From: an uncultured Gammaproteobacteria bacterium
GTDB taxonomy: Bacteria > Patescibacteriota > Microgenomatia > Daviesbacterales > UBA10151
Direction: 5' to 3'
Length of the DNA stretch: 64,000 bases
Assembly: GCA_964500725.1 (NCBI GenBank)
Contig: CAZCNP010000005.1
Coordinates: 6,348-70,347, forward strand
Position numbers and translations under genes: made by a program. The number at the start of each line of letters is the position of its first letter. Position 1 is the stretch's first letter. The notes under the pieces are model-generated. The model did not search any database, was not told the origin of the DNA, and saw only the letters and a program-made list of their open reading frames with translations. Shown piece after piece: positions 9,361 to 18,409 of the stretch.

Positions 9361-9828
9361 TTGTGTTATACTGCATCAGTGCATAATTCATTTTATGCAA
9401 GCGGATTCCTCTACAGCTCTAAACTGCATCAAATTCTCTTGCTAAAATCCCCAAAGAAAGACAGTACAGATTTTGTATGGTCTACTCTTGGTGGGATAGG
9501 TGATGAAGAAGAACCCCAAGCTGCTTTTCAGAGGATTATATCTGAGCTGTTGGATTTAAATCTCAAAGCAAAAAACATTTATCCTATTTATGACTATTTG
9601 TCAGATACAAAGGATAAAATGAATTACGTGTTTTATGCTCAAGTAAAAAGCTCTAAGGGATTTAGCAACCTTGGTAAGAATATTCTTGAATGGGTATCCT
9701 TTCGTGAAATATCAAAGCTTCTATTTGCTGATCATTCCAAACGGGATGTTATAGTTGGTGAACGGGTTATCAATGCCAAATGGAGAGATGACGAAGCCAA
9801 AAAATTACCTCAAATAATAAATATTTAG
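9361..9828 (+). CDS. hypothetical protein with degenerate Nudix-like box
   Basis: GGIGDEEEPQAAFQRIISELLDL partially fits GX5EX7REUXEEXGU but lacks several invariant residues. Confidence 0.3.
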   Translation: MCYTASVHNSFYASGFLYSSKLHQILLLKSPKKDSTDFVWSTLGGIGDEEEPQAAFQRIISELLDLNLKAKNIYPIYDYLSDTKDKMNYVFYAQVKSSKGFSNLGKNILEWVSFREISKLLFADHSKRDVIVGERVINAKWRDDEAKKLPQIINI

Positions 9829-9891
9829 GCTGTGCTAAAATAATTCTGTTCTGCAGTAAAATGTTTATACCCTAAAATAGATTTTATTTAT

Positions 9892-9928
9892 GTGCCTAAA
9901 TTTACTTGGGGTGGATGGACAGACTTGC
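9892..9928 (+). promoter_or_regulatory. conserved G-rich motif copy 1 (gcctaaatttACTtGGGGTGGaTGGaCAGACTTGC) upstream of corC
   Basis: Near-identical copy at 11319..11354. A TATAAT at 9953-9958 lies 18 nt before the corC ATG. Confidence 0.3.
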
Positions 9929-9976
9929 AATTCTGAAAAAAGGCGGAATAACGTATAATAAGAATTCGTTTTATAC

Positions 9977-11272
9977 ATGGAAATTATCATTATTTTGTTA
10001 CTTATTATGCTTAACGGAGTTTTAGCCATGGCAGAAATTGCTATAGTTTCTGCGCGTAAATCAAGGCTTAAACAACAAGCAAACGAGGGAAATAAAAATG
10101 CGCAAGCAGCCTTAGAACTGGCTCAATCTCCCAGTAGGTTCCTTTCAACAGTACAAATTGGTATTACTTTTGTAGGTATTTTTGCCGGTGCTTTTGGAGG
10201 TGAAACAATTGCCAAAAATTTATCCAGTACACTGAAAAATGTTTCTTTACTGGCACCATACGCTGAGAGTATTGCAATTTTACTTGTTGTAACATTTATT
10301 ACCTATCTTTCTTTAATTATTGGGGAGCTTGTTCCAAAAAGAATAGCTTTAAACAGTCCTGAAACAATCTCTAAGCTTATGGTTTATCCAATGAATTTAT
10401 TATCTTCGATTGCTTCGCCTCTTGTTAGTTTATTAACATTTTCCTCAGATTGGGCACTCCGTCTGTTACAAATTAAGCAATCAGGTGAACCCATTGTTAG
10501 CGAAGAAGAAATTAGAATGTTGATAGGAGAAGGAACAAGAGCTGGTATTTTTAATATTGCAGAAAAAGATATTGTTGAAAGAACCTTGAAATTATCTGAT
10601 AAGAAGGTAAATTCCCTCATGACCACAAGAAAAGAGGTTGTTTGGCTTGAACTTGATAGCCCTTTTAAAACCTTAAGGAACAAAATTGCGAAACATCCTC
10701 ATGCTCATTTTCCGGTATGCAGAGATAACCTTGATAAAATTGTGGGTGTAGTTAGAGCGGAGGATATATTGACCCATTTCCTTTTGGAGGAAAAAATTGA
10801 ACTGCAAAAGTTTATCCGTAAGCCTCTTTTTGTGCCTGAAAGTATGGACGGGTTAAAAGTATTGGAACTATTTAAAAAGTCAGGAATTCATATGGCTTTG
10901 GTGGTTGATGAGTATGGCAATATTCAGGGATTGCTAACTATAACGGATATTTTAGAGGCAATTGTCGGTGATATTCCCACCATTGATGAGTTGGAAGAAC
11001 GCGAAATAACAAAACGGGAAGACGGAACGTACCTTGTTGATGGTTTAGCCCCAATTGATGAATTTAAAGATTACTTTCATATTAGAAAACTTCCCGATGA
11101 AAAATCAGGGGTGTTTCACACTGTTGGGGGCTTTATTATGTATAGGCTGGGGCATATTCCTGCTTCCGGAGATAAAGTGGAATGGACAGACTTTAAGTTT
11201 GAGGTAATGGATATGGATGGCAACAGAATAGATAAAATCTTGATCACGCCAAGGAAAATAACTATAAAGTAA
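9977..11272 (+). CDS. corC: CNNM/CorC/TlyC-family transporter (DUF21 membrane domain + CBS pair + CorC_HlyC domain)
   Basis: N-terminal 4-TM DUF21 region, tandem CBS-like segments and a C-terminal CorC/HlyC transporter-associated domain; 431 aa. Confidence 0.85.
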   Translation: MEIIIILLLIMLNGVLAMAEIAIVSARKSRLKQQANEGNKNAQAALELAQSPSRFLSTVQIGITFVGIFAGAFGGETIAKNLSSTLKNVSLLAPYAESIAILLVVTFITYLSLIIGELVPKRIALNSPETISKLMVYPMNLLSSIASPLVSLLTFSSDWALRLLQIKQSGEPIVSEEEIRMLIGEGTRAGIFNIAEKDIVERTLKLSDKKVNSLMTTRKEVVWLELDSPFKTLRNKIAKHPHAHFPVCRDNLDKIVGVVRAEDILTHFLLEEKIELQKFIRKPLFVPESMDGLKVLELFKKSGIHMALVVDEYGNIQGLLTITDILEAIVGDIPTIDELEEREITKREDGTYLVDGLAPIDEFKDYFHIRKLPDEKSGVFHTVGGFIMYRLGHIPASGDKVEWTDFKFEVMDMDGNRIDKILITPRKITIK

Positions 11273-11318
11273 TTCTCAATCAAAGTTCAATTTGTCCCTT
11301 CAGTGGTATTAAAAATTG

Positions 11319-11354
11319 AGGCTAAAAAATACTGGGGTGGGTGGGCAGACTTGC
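11319..11354 (+). promoter_or_regulatory. conserved G-rich motif copy 2 (gctaaaaaatACTGGGGTGGGTGGGCAGACTTGC) downstream of corC / upstream of coiled-coil gene
   Basis: Matches copy 1 over about 30 of 35 positions. Followed by perfect 8-bp hairpin TTTTTGAC-AAA-GTCAAAAA. Confidence 0.3.
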
Positions 11355-11462
11355 GTTTTTGACAAAGTCAAAAAGGAAAGCTTTGCTTACTTTGTACCCA
11401 GATCAGGTCTGATATAGATAAAATATCTTGTGTTTTTATCCAGACAATACTATGATTAATTC

Positions 11463-11726
11463 ATGGATGAAAATACTTTTAAGAAATTACTGGACGACGC
11501 TATAGCGCCACTTCGGCAAGACATAAAAGAATTAAAAGATGTCCAAGAGAATAGACTATTACCTTCCGTAACTGAGTTAGAAATTACTGTTAAATCATAT
11601 GCTGATAGCTACAAAATTAATAAGCATAATATTGAAAGGGTGGACACCAGATTGACTACTGTTGAGGAAGAATTAAATATTAAAGTTCCCGAAGACTTGA
11701 AAGTTCCCCATTTTGCTACAGAATAG
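11463..11726 (+). CDS. small coiled-coil protein (paralogous family member 2 of 3)
   Basis: TVKSYADSYKINKHNIERVDTRL...VPEDLKVPHF aligns with TIKGYADSYQANDTNIRKAEQRL...IPPELHFTP of ORF 25556..25948. Confidence 0.4.
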   Translation: MDENTFKKLLDDAIAPLRQDIKELKDVQENRLLPSVTELEITVKSYADSYKINKHNIERVDTRLTTVEEELNIKVPEDLKVPHFATE

Positions 11727-11863
11727 TTTTACCAAAGTGAGTGTGCAGATCGACAATCCTGAGTACACGAAGGACTCAGCTCGTACCCAGTTAAAGGAAT
11801 TTAAGCCTATTCATGTAATTCCTAATTATAACTTTTAAGATTCAGGTAGTTGTCCTATCTGGA

Positions 11864-12067
11864 TTATGTTTTATTTTTTTCATCAAAAAATTTTTTATAT
11901 TCTTTCCAATATTTCCTTGGGTCAATACTATTAGGATCCTGTCCGTCCCATAATTCCTTATATCTTTCAATCCAACTACTAAAGAAGGCTCTCGCTTCAG
12001 TAGGATTAGAATCTTTATTGGCCCATTCCTGAAAATCCATCCAATGACGTTTTTGTCTATTGATCAT
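11864..12067 (-). CDS. hypothetical small protein (W/Y-rich), second gene of a two-gene minus-strand operon
   Basis: 67 aa, 16 nt downstream of 12083..12472; no recognisable motif. Confidence 0.3.
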   Translation of the reverse strand: MINRQKRHWMDFQEWANKDSNPTEARAFFSSWIERYKELWDGQDPNSIDPRKYWKEYKKFFDEKNKT

Positions 12068-12082
12068 TGGAACATTGGGGTC

Positions 12083-12472
12083 CTACTCCCAATAGTACCT
12101 AATAGGTTCAGGTTTTGGTGGTTCCTCTCTTTTAACTTCAATTAAAGCGGCAGGATAATTTTTTACAAAATAATTAACCCAAGTCCTTCTTCTTGCACCT
12201 GTTGGTGCAGTAAGGTAATCTAAACCATTTATGTCCTGAGAATCAAAATAACGGGTAGGGCTATCTACTACTCCTGACCAGAGAACTCTCTTTGGTCTTC
12301 TAGGCGAGTAAATTGTTAAATGGTCTCCTTTTTCGATATAATGCAAGCGCTCCCAATAACCTTCAGTAGGGGTGTCTGCAAACACAGAAAGCAGTCCCCC
12401 TTCTGTACCTGTTTCCGAATGGATGTAACAGACTCCTTTTATTGGTTCTCCTTCCCTTGTAGAAATAGCCAT
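12083..12472 (-). CDS. hypothetical protein
   Basis: 129 aa; no recognisable motif. Confidence 0.35.
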   Translation of the reverse strand: MAISTREGEPIKGVCYIHSETGTEGGLLSVFADTPTEGYWERLHYIEKGDHLTIYSPRRPKRVLWSGVVDSPTRYFDSQDINGLDYLTAPTGARRRTWVNYFVKNYPAALIEVKREEPPKPEPIRYYWE

Positions 12473-12671
12473 AAGAAAGATTATATCAAGTAGGAAGATT
12501 ATTTACAACTATAGGTTTGGTGGTCTAGCGAACGATGTTAGAACCTATTATAGCCTCTGTAAGCCCCTGGAATTGGAAATATATAGAAATCTTTTTCTTA
12601 CACAAATTTAACTTAATTGTGGTAAAATTATTGACACAACTATTGAAAATATCATTTAATAAAGGAGAGAT

Positions 12672-13046
12672 ATGAAAAATAAAACATTAAGATTTGATAA
12701 CACATATAAATCAGGAAGAGTGTCCTTTTTAATGCTTAAGGATTTAAAACTCAATCGCTTTATTGCAATTTGCCTTGAATTTGATCTTGAAACGGAGGGG
12801 GCTACGGAAACAGAAGCACAAGAGAAAATAATAGAACTAGCTAATTTATGGCTAGAGAACGTAAGAGAGAATAAATTATCTGAAGAACTCTTAAACAAAA
12901 AAACTCCTCAAGAATATTGGGATTTATATAATGAGTTACAACAGAGACAGGAAGATTCAAGGAAAACGATAAACTTTTATTTGGATTCGATTAAAGTTAT
13001 GCCAATATTTCTTCAGTTTAGACCCTACCATTCATCATTGATTTAG
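12672..13046 (+). CDS. hicB: HicB-like antitoxin (UPF0150 / RNase H-like fold) with C-terminal extension
   Basis: FIAICLEFDLETEGATETEAQEKIIELANLWLE aligns with canonical HicB core YVAYVPDLPGCVSQGDTLEEALENIKEAIELYLE (EGAT-E-EA-EKIIELANLWLE vs QGDT-EEALENIKEAIELYLE). Upstream TTGACA and a GGAG ribosome-binding site. Confidence 0.55.
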   Translation: MKNKTLRFDNTYKSGRVSFLMLKDLKLNRFIAICLEFDLETEGATETEAQEKIIELANLWLENVRENKLSEELLNKKTPQEYWDLYNELQQRQEDSRKTINFYLDSIKVMPIFLQFRPYHSSLI

Positions 13047-13060
13047 AAAAACTTTGTAAA

Positions 13061-13270
13061 ATGAGATGGCGAAAAGTTCTCCAAAAAATAATAAGAATTG
13101 ATTATAAATTAGGTAAAAAATCAAATCACTTTGATATTTTTAATTGTCCTTGTCAGGATAAATTACATCCAGTAAAAATAGAAACAAAACATTTACCTGA
13201 TGAATGCAGGTTGTTTGATGCAATTAAAAGACAACTAGGGCCTCACCTTCAAGATTTTTTGAGAGCTTGA
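13061..13270 (+). CDS. hicA: HicA-like mRNA interferase toxin (divergent)
   Basis: 69 aa. KVLQKII...GKKSNHFDIF...HPVKIETKHLPDE..LFDAIKRQLG fits HicA/YcfA pattern (xLIKxLxxxGW...GSHxxFxHP...VTVPxHxxxL..GTLxxILKQAG) with GSH replaced by SNH. 14 nt after hicB. Confidence 0.45.
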   Translation: MRWRKVLQKIIRIDYKLGKKSNHFDIFNCPCQDKLHPVKIETKHLPDECRLFDAIKRQLGPHLQDFLRA

Positions 13271-13304
13271 ATACTGAATCTATATATTGATGGATTAAAT
13301 ACTA

Positions 13305-13381
13305 TGGGGTGATCGACGGGAGTTGAACCCGCAAACCGCCAGATCCACAATCTGGTGCTCTACCATTGAGCTACGATCACC
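13305..13381 (-). tRNA. trnH: tRNA-His (anticodon GTG) with encoded G-1 and CCA
   Basis: Reverse complement GGTGATCGTAGCTCAATGGTAGAGCACCAGATTGTGGATCTGG...GGTTCAACTCCCGTCGATCACCCCA folds as cloverleaf. Anticodon loop TTGTGGA; extra 5' G pairs with discriminator C. Confidence 0.9.
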
Positions 13382-13422
13382 ATGTGAATATATTTTAGCA
13401 TTATATTTTATACTTCGCCACT

Positions 13423-13448
13423 AAAAAACTCCCTTGCGGGAGTTTCTT
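13423..13448 (-). terminator. rho-independent terminator hairpin (ACTCCC-TTGC-GGGAGT) flanked by A6 / T-rich, downstream of GH5-like gene
   Basis: aaaaaaCTCCCttgcGGGAGtttctt; on minus strand the stem is followed by TTTTTT. Confidence 0.6.
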
Positions 13449-13583
13449 AGAGAACCTGTCAAATTAGTTTTTTAGGCTAATGTTTAAACTATATTTGTCT
13501 TACGACTCAAGTTTTTAACAGGTTCTATTACTATATAATTAAAAGCTTACTACGTCAACTAGGACAAAATAGCGCAAAACATA

Positions 13584-15452
13584 TCAATTTGAAAAAGGAA
13601 GGATTTTCCAAAGTTCTTTGGGCTGCAGCAGGGTAGAGAAGATATTAGGTTGCAGAACCCCAAAATCTAAAATATTAACTCCTGCATAAACTTTTTGATT
13701 GATACTTTTGGGATAATAAAAAGGCTTTTCTAAAGAAAACTCAAAAGCATAATCTGGCAGTAGATATCTTGCTTCTATCTCCTCTGAGGCTCCTGTTTTA
13801 TTTAAACTAATACTCTGGGCGCTTTCACCACTGGCTCCCTTAACTTTTAAAATATAGCTTCCAGCAAAGTCTTTTTTCCAGCCTAGACTACTAATAACCT
13901 TCAAAATCACAGGGGACTTTACTTCTGTGGTAAACTCAACAGGTTTTGAATCAAACTGCTTTTCTCCTGAAAAAAGATTTAAAGAAACCTTATATGTCCC
14001 ACTAAGGGGAGCTTTTAACTCTACAGTAAAGGTATGCTCCCCTCCAGGCTCAACTTTTATACCATTTGGTAAATTAACATCAGTAATTCCTAAATCTTTT
14101 CCTCCAAAAATAGCAGTCAGCTTTACCTGCTCTCCATCATTCCAAATTGACTGGCCAGTATTTCTAAAAGTTAAATAAATTTTATAGCTTTCTCCTGAAA
14201 CTATTGAGGTATACACTTCTCCTTTCTTCAGCTCTGCTTTTTTATCCTGGACAGGCTTGCCTATTACTTTAGGCAGTGCTTGGATTGTTTGGAACATGGG
14301 GTAATATGGACTGTCTGGATATTCAGTCCCCAAAATAGTTTTTGCCTGTCTTTCCCCTGTAATTTTTTTAAAGGAAAAGTGGTCAAAAGGATAATCTTGG
14401 TAGCTTAGTAAAAAGGGTGTAACAGCCACAATTTTATTAAAACTCCAGGCATTTTCAAAAGCATTTTTGTAATAATTTGCTACAGTTTCTGCAGTAGGTA
14501 AACTAGAGTTATAGCTTAATCCTTCTGCATGTTTCCAGCCTGTTTCAGCTATAAAGATAGGTAAGTTTTTAGTTACTCCCAGCTCACGCAGGATTTGTAG
14601 TTCCCAAGCATAAGTTCTAACAGTTCCTTTTCCTGCAGCCTCTGGGGATCCAGCAAAAGCAGGGTTAGGGTAAGAGTGAGAAACCCAACCATCCAGCTTA
14701 TTAAAAATTCCTGGCACAGCTTTCTCCATTTGATTTAAGAAATTGGACTCTTCCTCATAAGCAGGAGGTTGGGGAGGTGTTGATGCATCTAAACCAGCAT
14801 TGAGTACAAAAAAGTCTTTATTTTTATTTTTTAGCGCTGTAATAGTCTTATCTAGAACTTTTGCATAAGATGCAGCGTCAACTAAATTTCCCCATTCCTT
14901 AGCATGGTTTGGTTCGTTATAAATAATTATGTAGCGATTCTTGGTAGGCCAATTTAGGGCATCTAAAAAATCTGCCCAGGCTTGTTCTTCTCCTTCATAA
15001 GGCAGTTTCCAAAAATTACCTTCTGGTTGAGTAGCAAGTCTCACCAAAGGAATCAAATGTCTTCTCCTTAGGTCATTAAAAAAGTTTTGCCACTTTTCAT
15101 GGTTTCTATCTTTGCTTTCAACTAAAACAGTAATATATCCCCAGTCACCATTAGTATTAACCAGCTGGGCAGCAGGGGAGGCCTCCTCATGAGTAGCTTG
15201 AATAATATGAATACCAAAACGGTTGTTGGGCACAGAAAGAGGGTCAACAATAGCATTAATAGTTGTGAGCTGAGAGTTTGTAGTTGGTAGTAAAAAAAGC
15301 AATAAAAATGCTATTAAACTTTGAACTAATAACTTCGAACTAATAACTGATTTTGCTCCTTGACTTTTGGCTTTTCTTCGGGTTATGTTAAATAACATGC
15401 TGGAAATTTTTGAACCTATCAATGTTTGGGTCTTTTTTAAAAATAACTCCAT
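13584..15452 (-). CDS. membrane-anchored glycoside hydrolase, GH5-like (cellulase family fold) with C-terminal beta-sandwich repeats
   Basis: IIIYNEPN (catalytic acid NEP) and IFIAETGW (nucleophile Glu) motifs typical of clan GH-A/GH5; N-terminal TM anchor; 622 aa. Confidence 0.6.
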   Translation of the reverse strand: MELFLKKTQTLIGSKISSMLFNITRRKAKSQGAKSVISSKLLVQSLIAFLLLFLLPTTNSQLTTINAIVDPLSVPNNRFGIHIIQATHEEASPAAQLVNTNGDWGYITVLVESKDRNHEKWQNFFNDLRRRHLIPLVRLATQPEGNFWKLPYEGEEQAWADFLDALNWPTKNRYIIIYNEPNHAKEWGNLVDAASYAKVLDKTITALKNKNKDFFVLNAGLDASTPPQPPAYEEESNFLNQMEKAVPGIFNKLDGWVSHSYPNPAFAGSPEAAGKGTVRTYAWELQILRELGVTKNLPIFIAETGWKHAEGLSYNSSLPTAETVANYYKNAFENAWSFNKIVAVTPFLLSYQDYPFDHFSFKKITGERQAKTILGTEYPDSPYYPMFQTIQALPKVIGKPVQDKKAELKKGEVYTSIVSGESYKIYLTFRNTGQSIWNDGEQVKLTAIFGGKDLGITDVNLPNGIKVEPGGEHTFTVELKAPLSGTYKVSLNLFSGEKQFDSKPVEFTTEVKSPVILKVISSLGWKKDFAGSYILKVKGASGESAQSISLNKTGASEEIEARYLLPDYAFEFSLEKPFYYPKSINQKVYAGVNILDFGVLQPNIFSTLLQPKELWKILPFSN

Positions 15453-15646
15453 ACAGCCTCACACTTTTTTCTGGAATGGTAGACAAATCAAGATAGATAA
15501 AATTAACCTAATTCACACTTCCAAAAATGGCGCTTTGGTATTTTATCATTTTTCTGTTTCTTCTGGAGGCAACTTCTACAGACTAAGGTTTGATGTTGAT
15601 AAATTAAGCTGGATGCTGGAAGCTGCTGAATCGGACTGAAGATCAA

Positions 15647-16903
15647 ATGAATAAAATTATTTTGCATATAGATTTCAATTCTTACTTTGCCACAGTTGAA
15701 CAGCAGGCTAATCCAAGACTCCGAGGCAAACCAATTGGTGTAACTGGAGGAGACAGGGTAAAAAGAACAGTTTTGGGTGCAGCCTCAATAGAGGCAAAAA
15801 GATATGGAGTTAAAACTGGAATGCAAATTTGGGAAGCTAAAAAGGTCTGTCCTGAGATTATTTTAGTGCCAGGAGACTCTGATAAGTATTTAGAGACTAC
15901 TAAACGTTTTTTGGGTATTCTAAAAGACTACACACCCTTTTTGGAAGTATTTTCTATAGATGAATGCTTCTTAGAATTGAAAGATGAAAAAGGGAAATTG
16001 AAAATTGAAGGCTCAATTGCCATAGCTAAAGAAATTAAGGCTAGAATCAAACAAGAAATAGGGGAATGGATAACGTGTTCAATTGGGATTTCCTATAACA
16101 AGCTGCTGGCAAAATTAGCTGGGTCTTTAAAAAAACCAGACGGGCTGGTGGTAATTGCAAACCAGCAGGAAGCTATACAAGTTTTGGATAAAATAGCTCT
16201 GGATGAAATTTGCGGTATTGGCCCCAGGATTAAAAAAAGGCTTAATAATTTAGGTATTTTTGATTTTAAAACTTTAAGAAAAGTGCCATTGGCAGCCCTA
16301 CTTGCTTCTTTTAAAAACTACGGACACATCCTTTATAACATGGCAAGAGGAATAGATAACTCTCCAATTGTGCCTTTTTACCAAAAGGAGGAGGTAAAAT
16401 CAGTAGGCCACAGGCATACCAACCAGTATGATATAGACAATCCAGCTGAAATTAAACAAATTTTACTCAAGCTTTCAGAAATGGTAGCAAGCAGGCTAAG
16501 GCATAAAAATTTAGTAGGCAAAACTGTTCATCTTGGATACCGCCAAGCATTAGATCCAACACAGCTGCACACAGGGTTTTCTGGCAATGGAATGCAAACA
16601 ACAATTCTTTTTACCAATAATGGGCTGGCAATCTTTAAAGCCAGTTGGAAAATCTTTAACCAAATCTGGTCTGGAGAAAAAATTAGAATGATAGGCATTT
16701 CTATTTCAAACCTAAAATCTACCACCCCTCAAAATTTAAGCTTGCTGCCTGAGATAAACAAGCAAGAAATAGTAGTAAAAGCTGTAGATAGAATAAATGA
16801 CAGATATGGAGAATTTACCCTGCAGAGAGGAACTTTGCTAACTTCTGCCAAAATCCACCGTAAGCCCAACCCCTTTTTAGCAGATCGCAGGTTCAAGATT
16901 TAA
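15647..16903 (+). CDS. dinB: DNA polymerase IV (Y-family translesion polymerase)
   Basis: ILHIDFNSYFATVEQ, SIDECFLEL and Y-family palm/fingers motifs; 418 aa. Confidence 0.9.
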   Translation: MNKIILHIDFNSYFATVEQQANPRLRGKPIGVTGGDRVKRTVLGAASIEAKRYGVKTGMQIWEAKKVCPEIILVPGDSDKYLETTKRFLGILKDYTPFLEVFSIDECFLELKDEKGKLKIEGSIAIAKEIKARIKQEIGEWITCSIGISYNKLLAKLAGSLKKPDGLVVIANQQEAIQVLDKIALDEICGIGPRIKKRLNNLGIFDFKTLRKVPLAALLASFKNYGHILYNMARGIDNSPIVPFYQKEEVKSVGHRHTNQYDIDNPAEIKQILLKLSEMVASRLRHKNLVGKTVHLGYRQALDPTQLHTGFSGNGMQTTILFTNNGLAIFKASWKIFNQIWSGEKIRMIGISISNLKSTTPQNLSLLPEINKQEIVVKAVDRINDRYGEFTLQRGTLLTSAKIHRKPNPFLADRRFKI

Positions 16904-16939
16904 TTTACAATGTACAATTTACAATGTACAATAAATTAC
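16901..16939 (+). repeat. tandem repeat (AATTTACAATGTAC x2) containing two TGTACA palindromes, between dinB stop and UXS-like start
   Basis: aatttacaatgtacaatttacaatgtacaataaattac seen directly. The ORF-track ATG at 16910 lies inside it. Confidence 0.4.
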
Positions 16940-17893
16940 ATGAAAGTTATAGTGACTGGTGGGGCTGGATTTTTGGGATCACACCTTTGTGATAAATTAA
17001 TTGAAAAAGGAAACCAAGTTCTTTGTATAGATAATCTGTTAACTGGGAGCTTAGACAATATTGCCCATCTGCAAAACACCCCTAATTTTGAGTTTATCCA
17101 AGCTGATGCCTCTGAAGGCTTACCAGAGAATTTAGACTTTGATGAGCTCTATCATCTTGCTTCTCCTGCCTCTCCTAATAAAAACAACCCAAAAAGCTAT
17201 CAGTCTCTACCATTTGATACTATGCAAGTTAATACTTTTGGAACCTGGTCTTTGTGTGAGGAATCCTTAAAAAGAGGTGCCAGGTTTTTATTTGCTTCTA
17301 CCTCAGAAATATATGGGGATCCTCTGGAGCATCCTCAAACAGAAACTTACAATGGGAATGTTTCTACTTTAGGACCCAGGGCAGTTTATGATGAGGCAAA
17401 AAGATTTGGAGAAACTATTGTTTCTGCTTTTGTCCGTTACAACAAATTAAATGGGAAAATTGCCAGGATTTTTAATACTTATGGTCCTAGGATGGCTGCT
17501 GATGGCAGGGTAGTAACAGAATTTATAAAAGCTGCGCTGCAAAATAGACCTTTTCCTGTTTTTGGGGATGGCACACAAACCAGGTCTTTTTGTTTTGTAG
17601 ATGATTTGGTTGAAGGACTTATGCTCACTATGGAAAGAGGAGGAAAAGGGGAAGTCTATAATTTAGGTAATCCTAGTGAGTTTACAATTTTAGAGCTGGC
17701 TGAAAAAGTTAAACAGATTACTAACTCTGGTTCAGAAATAGCAACAGCAGAACAATTACCAGAAGATGATCCAATCCGCCGTTGTCCAGATATTCAAAAA
17801 GCCAAACAATCCCTTGGCTGGGAACCCAAAGTAGAGCTGGATGAAGGTCTAAGAAAACTAATTGCCTATATCAAAACCACAGAAAACCTCTAA
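16940..17893 (+). CDS. UDP-glucuronate decarboxylase / NAD-dependent sugar epimerase-dehydratase (SDR, UXS-like). Start moved to MKVIVTGGAG.
   Basis: MKVIVTGGAGFLGSHL Rossmann motif, YxxxK catalytic pair (YDEAKR), 318 aa. Confidence 0.8.
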   Translation: MKVIVTGGAGFLGSHLCDKLIEKGNQVLCIDNLLTGSLDNIAHLQNTPNFEFIQADASEGLPENLDFDELYHLASPASPNKNNPKSYQSLPFDTMQVNTFGTWSLCEESLKRGARFLFASTSEIYGDPLEHPQTETYNGNVSTLGPRAVYDEAKRFGETIVSAFVRYNKLNGKIARIFNTYGPRMAADGRVVTEFIKAALQNRPFPVFGDGTQTRSFCFVDDLVEGLMLTMERGGKGEVYNLGNPSEFTILELAEKVKQITNSGSEIATAEQLPEDDPIRRCPDIQKAKQSLGWEPKVELDEGLRKLIAYIKTTENL

Positions 17894-17945
17894 GTAAACT
17901 TTGCTAAGTAATTCCAAAATTGGTAAAATACTCAATAGTTTACAT

Positions 17946-18018
17946 GCGCCCGTAGCTCAGCGGATAGAGCAAGTGAATTCTAATCACTTGGTCGGGGGTT
18001 CGATTCCCTCCGGGCGTA
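17946..18018 (+). tRNA. tRNA-Arg (anticodon TCT)
   Basis: GCGCCCGTAGCTCAGCGGATAGAGCAAGTGAATTCTAATCACTTGGTCGGGGGTTCGATTCCCTCCGGGCGTA; anticodon loop ATTCTAA; T-loop TTCGATT. Confidence 0.85.
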
Positions 18019-18409
18019 CTTCTTCCGTCAGCTTTTTTAGTGCCTGAGCTAGAGGAATATTTAACTCTGTAACAAATTCACCTTTAACCATTTTATTAAG
18101 TGGATATAAAAGATGGGATTTCATCTTAGGAATTAATTCCTTATGTCCTCCTAAAATTATAAAGCTAATACCTTTACCTTTGGAGAATTCTAGAGCAGCC
18201 TGGGCAATCAGCTGCAGGTGATAATGCAGATGCTGCTCTATGTGCCTAAAAATTTTATCATCCCTGCCAAAATCTATTTTTTTGGCTTTAACATTTTGTG
18301 GAACACTGTTATCTAATACCTCCTTTTGCTCTTCAATCTTGCCTTCTTTAACTATAAACATCCTGGCTTTTTCCCTATCAGCCAGCAAAACTAAATATCT
18401 ACCCATCAT
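17984..18409 (-). CDS. hypothetical protein, possibly eRF1-like (baeRF1 / host-attachment family). 3' end overlaps tRNA-Arg on opposite strand by about 35 nt.
   Basis: 141 aa; 4-nt overlap with upstream HPF gene (operon). Weak resemblance to eRF1-like bacterial proteins; assignment tentative. Confidence 0.3.
   Translation of the reverse strand: MMGRYLVLLADREKARMFIVKEGKIEEQKEVLDNSVPQNVKAKKIDFGRDDKIFRHIEQHLHYHLQLIAQAALEFSKGKGISFIILGGHKELIPKMKSHLLYPLNKMVKGEFVTELNIPLAQALKKLTEEVRPEGIEPPTK

Noticed and set aside
9904-9928. Sigma-54 (-24/-12) promoter reading of TGGACAGACTTGCA in the conserved G-rich motif
   Set aside because: GG to GC spacing is 8 nt (or 12 with the other GG), not the required 10. 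No TGGCAC core.
13451-13526. 9-bp inverted repeat AGAACCTGT...ACAGGTTCT separated by 58 nt downstream of tRNA-His
   Set aside because: Short and isolated in AT-rich intergenic DNA. Could be chance; insufficient to call an element.
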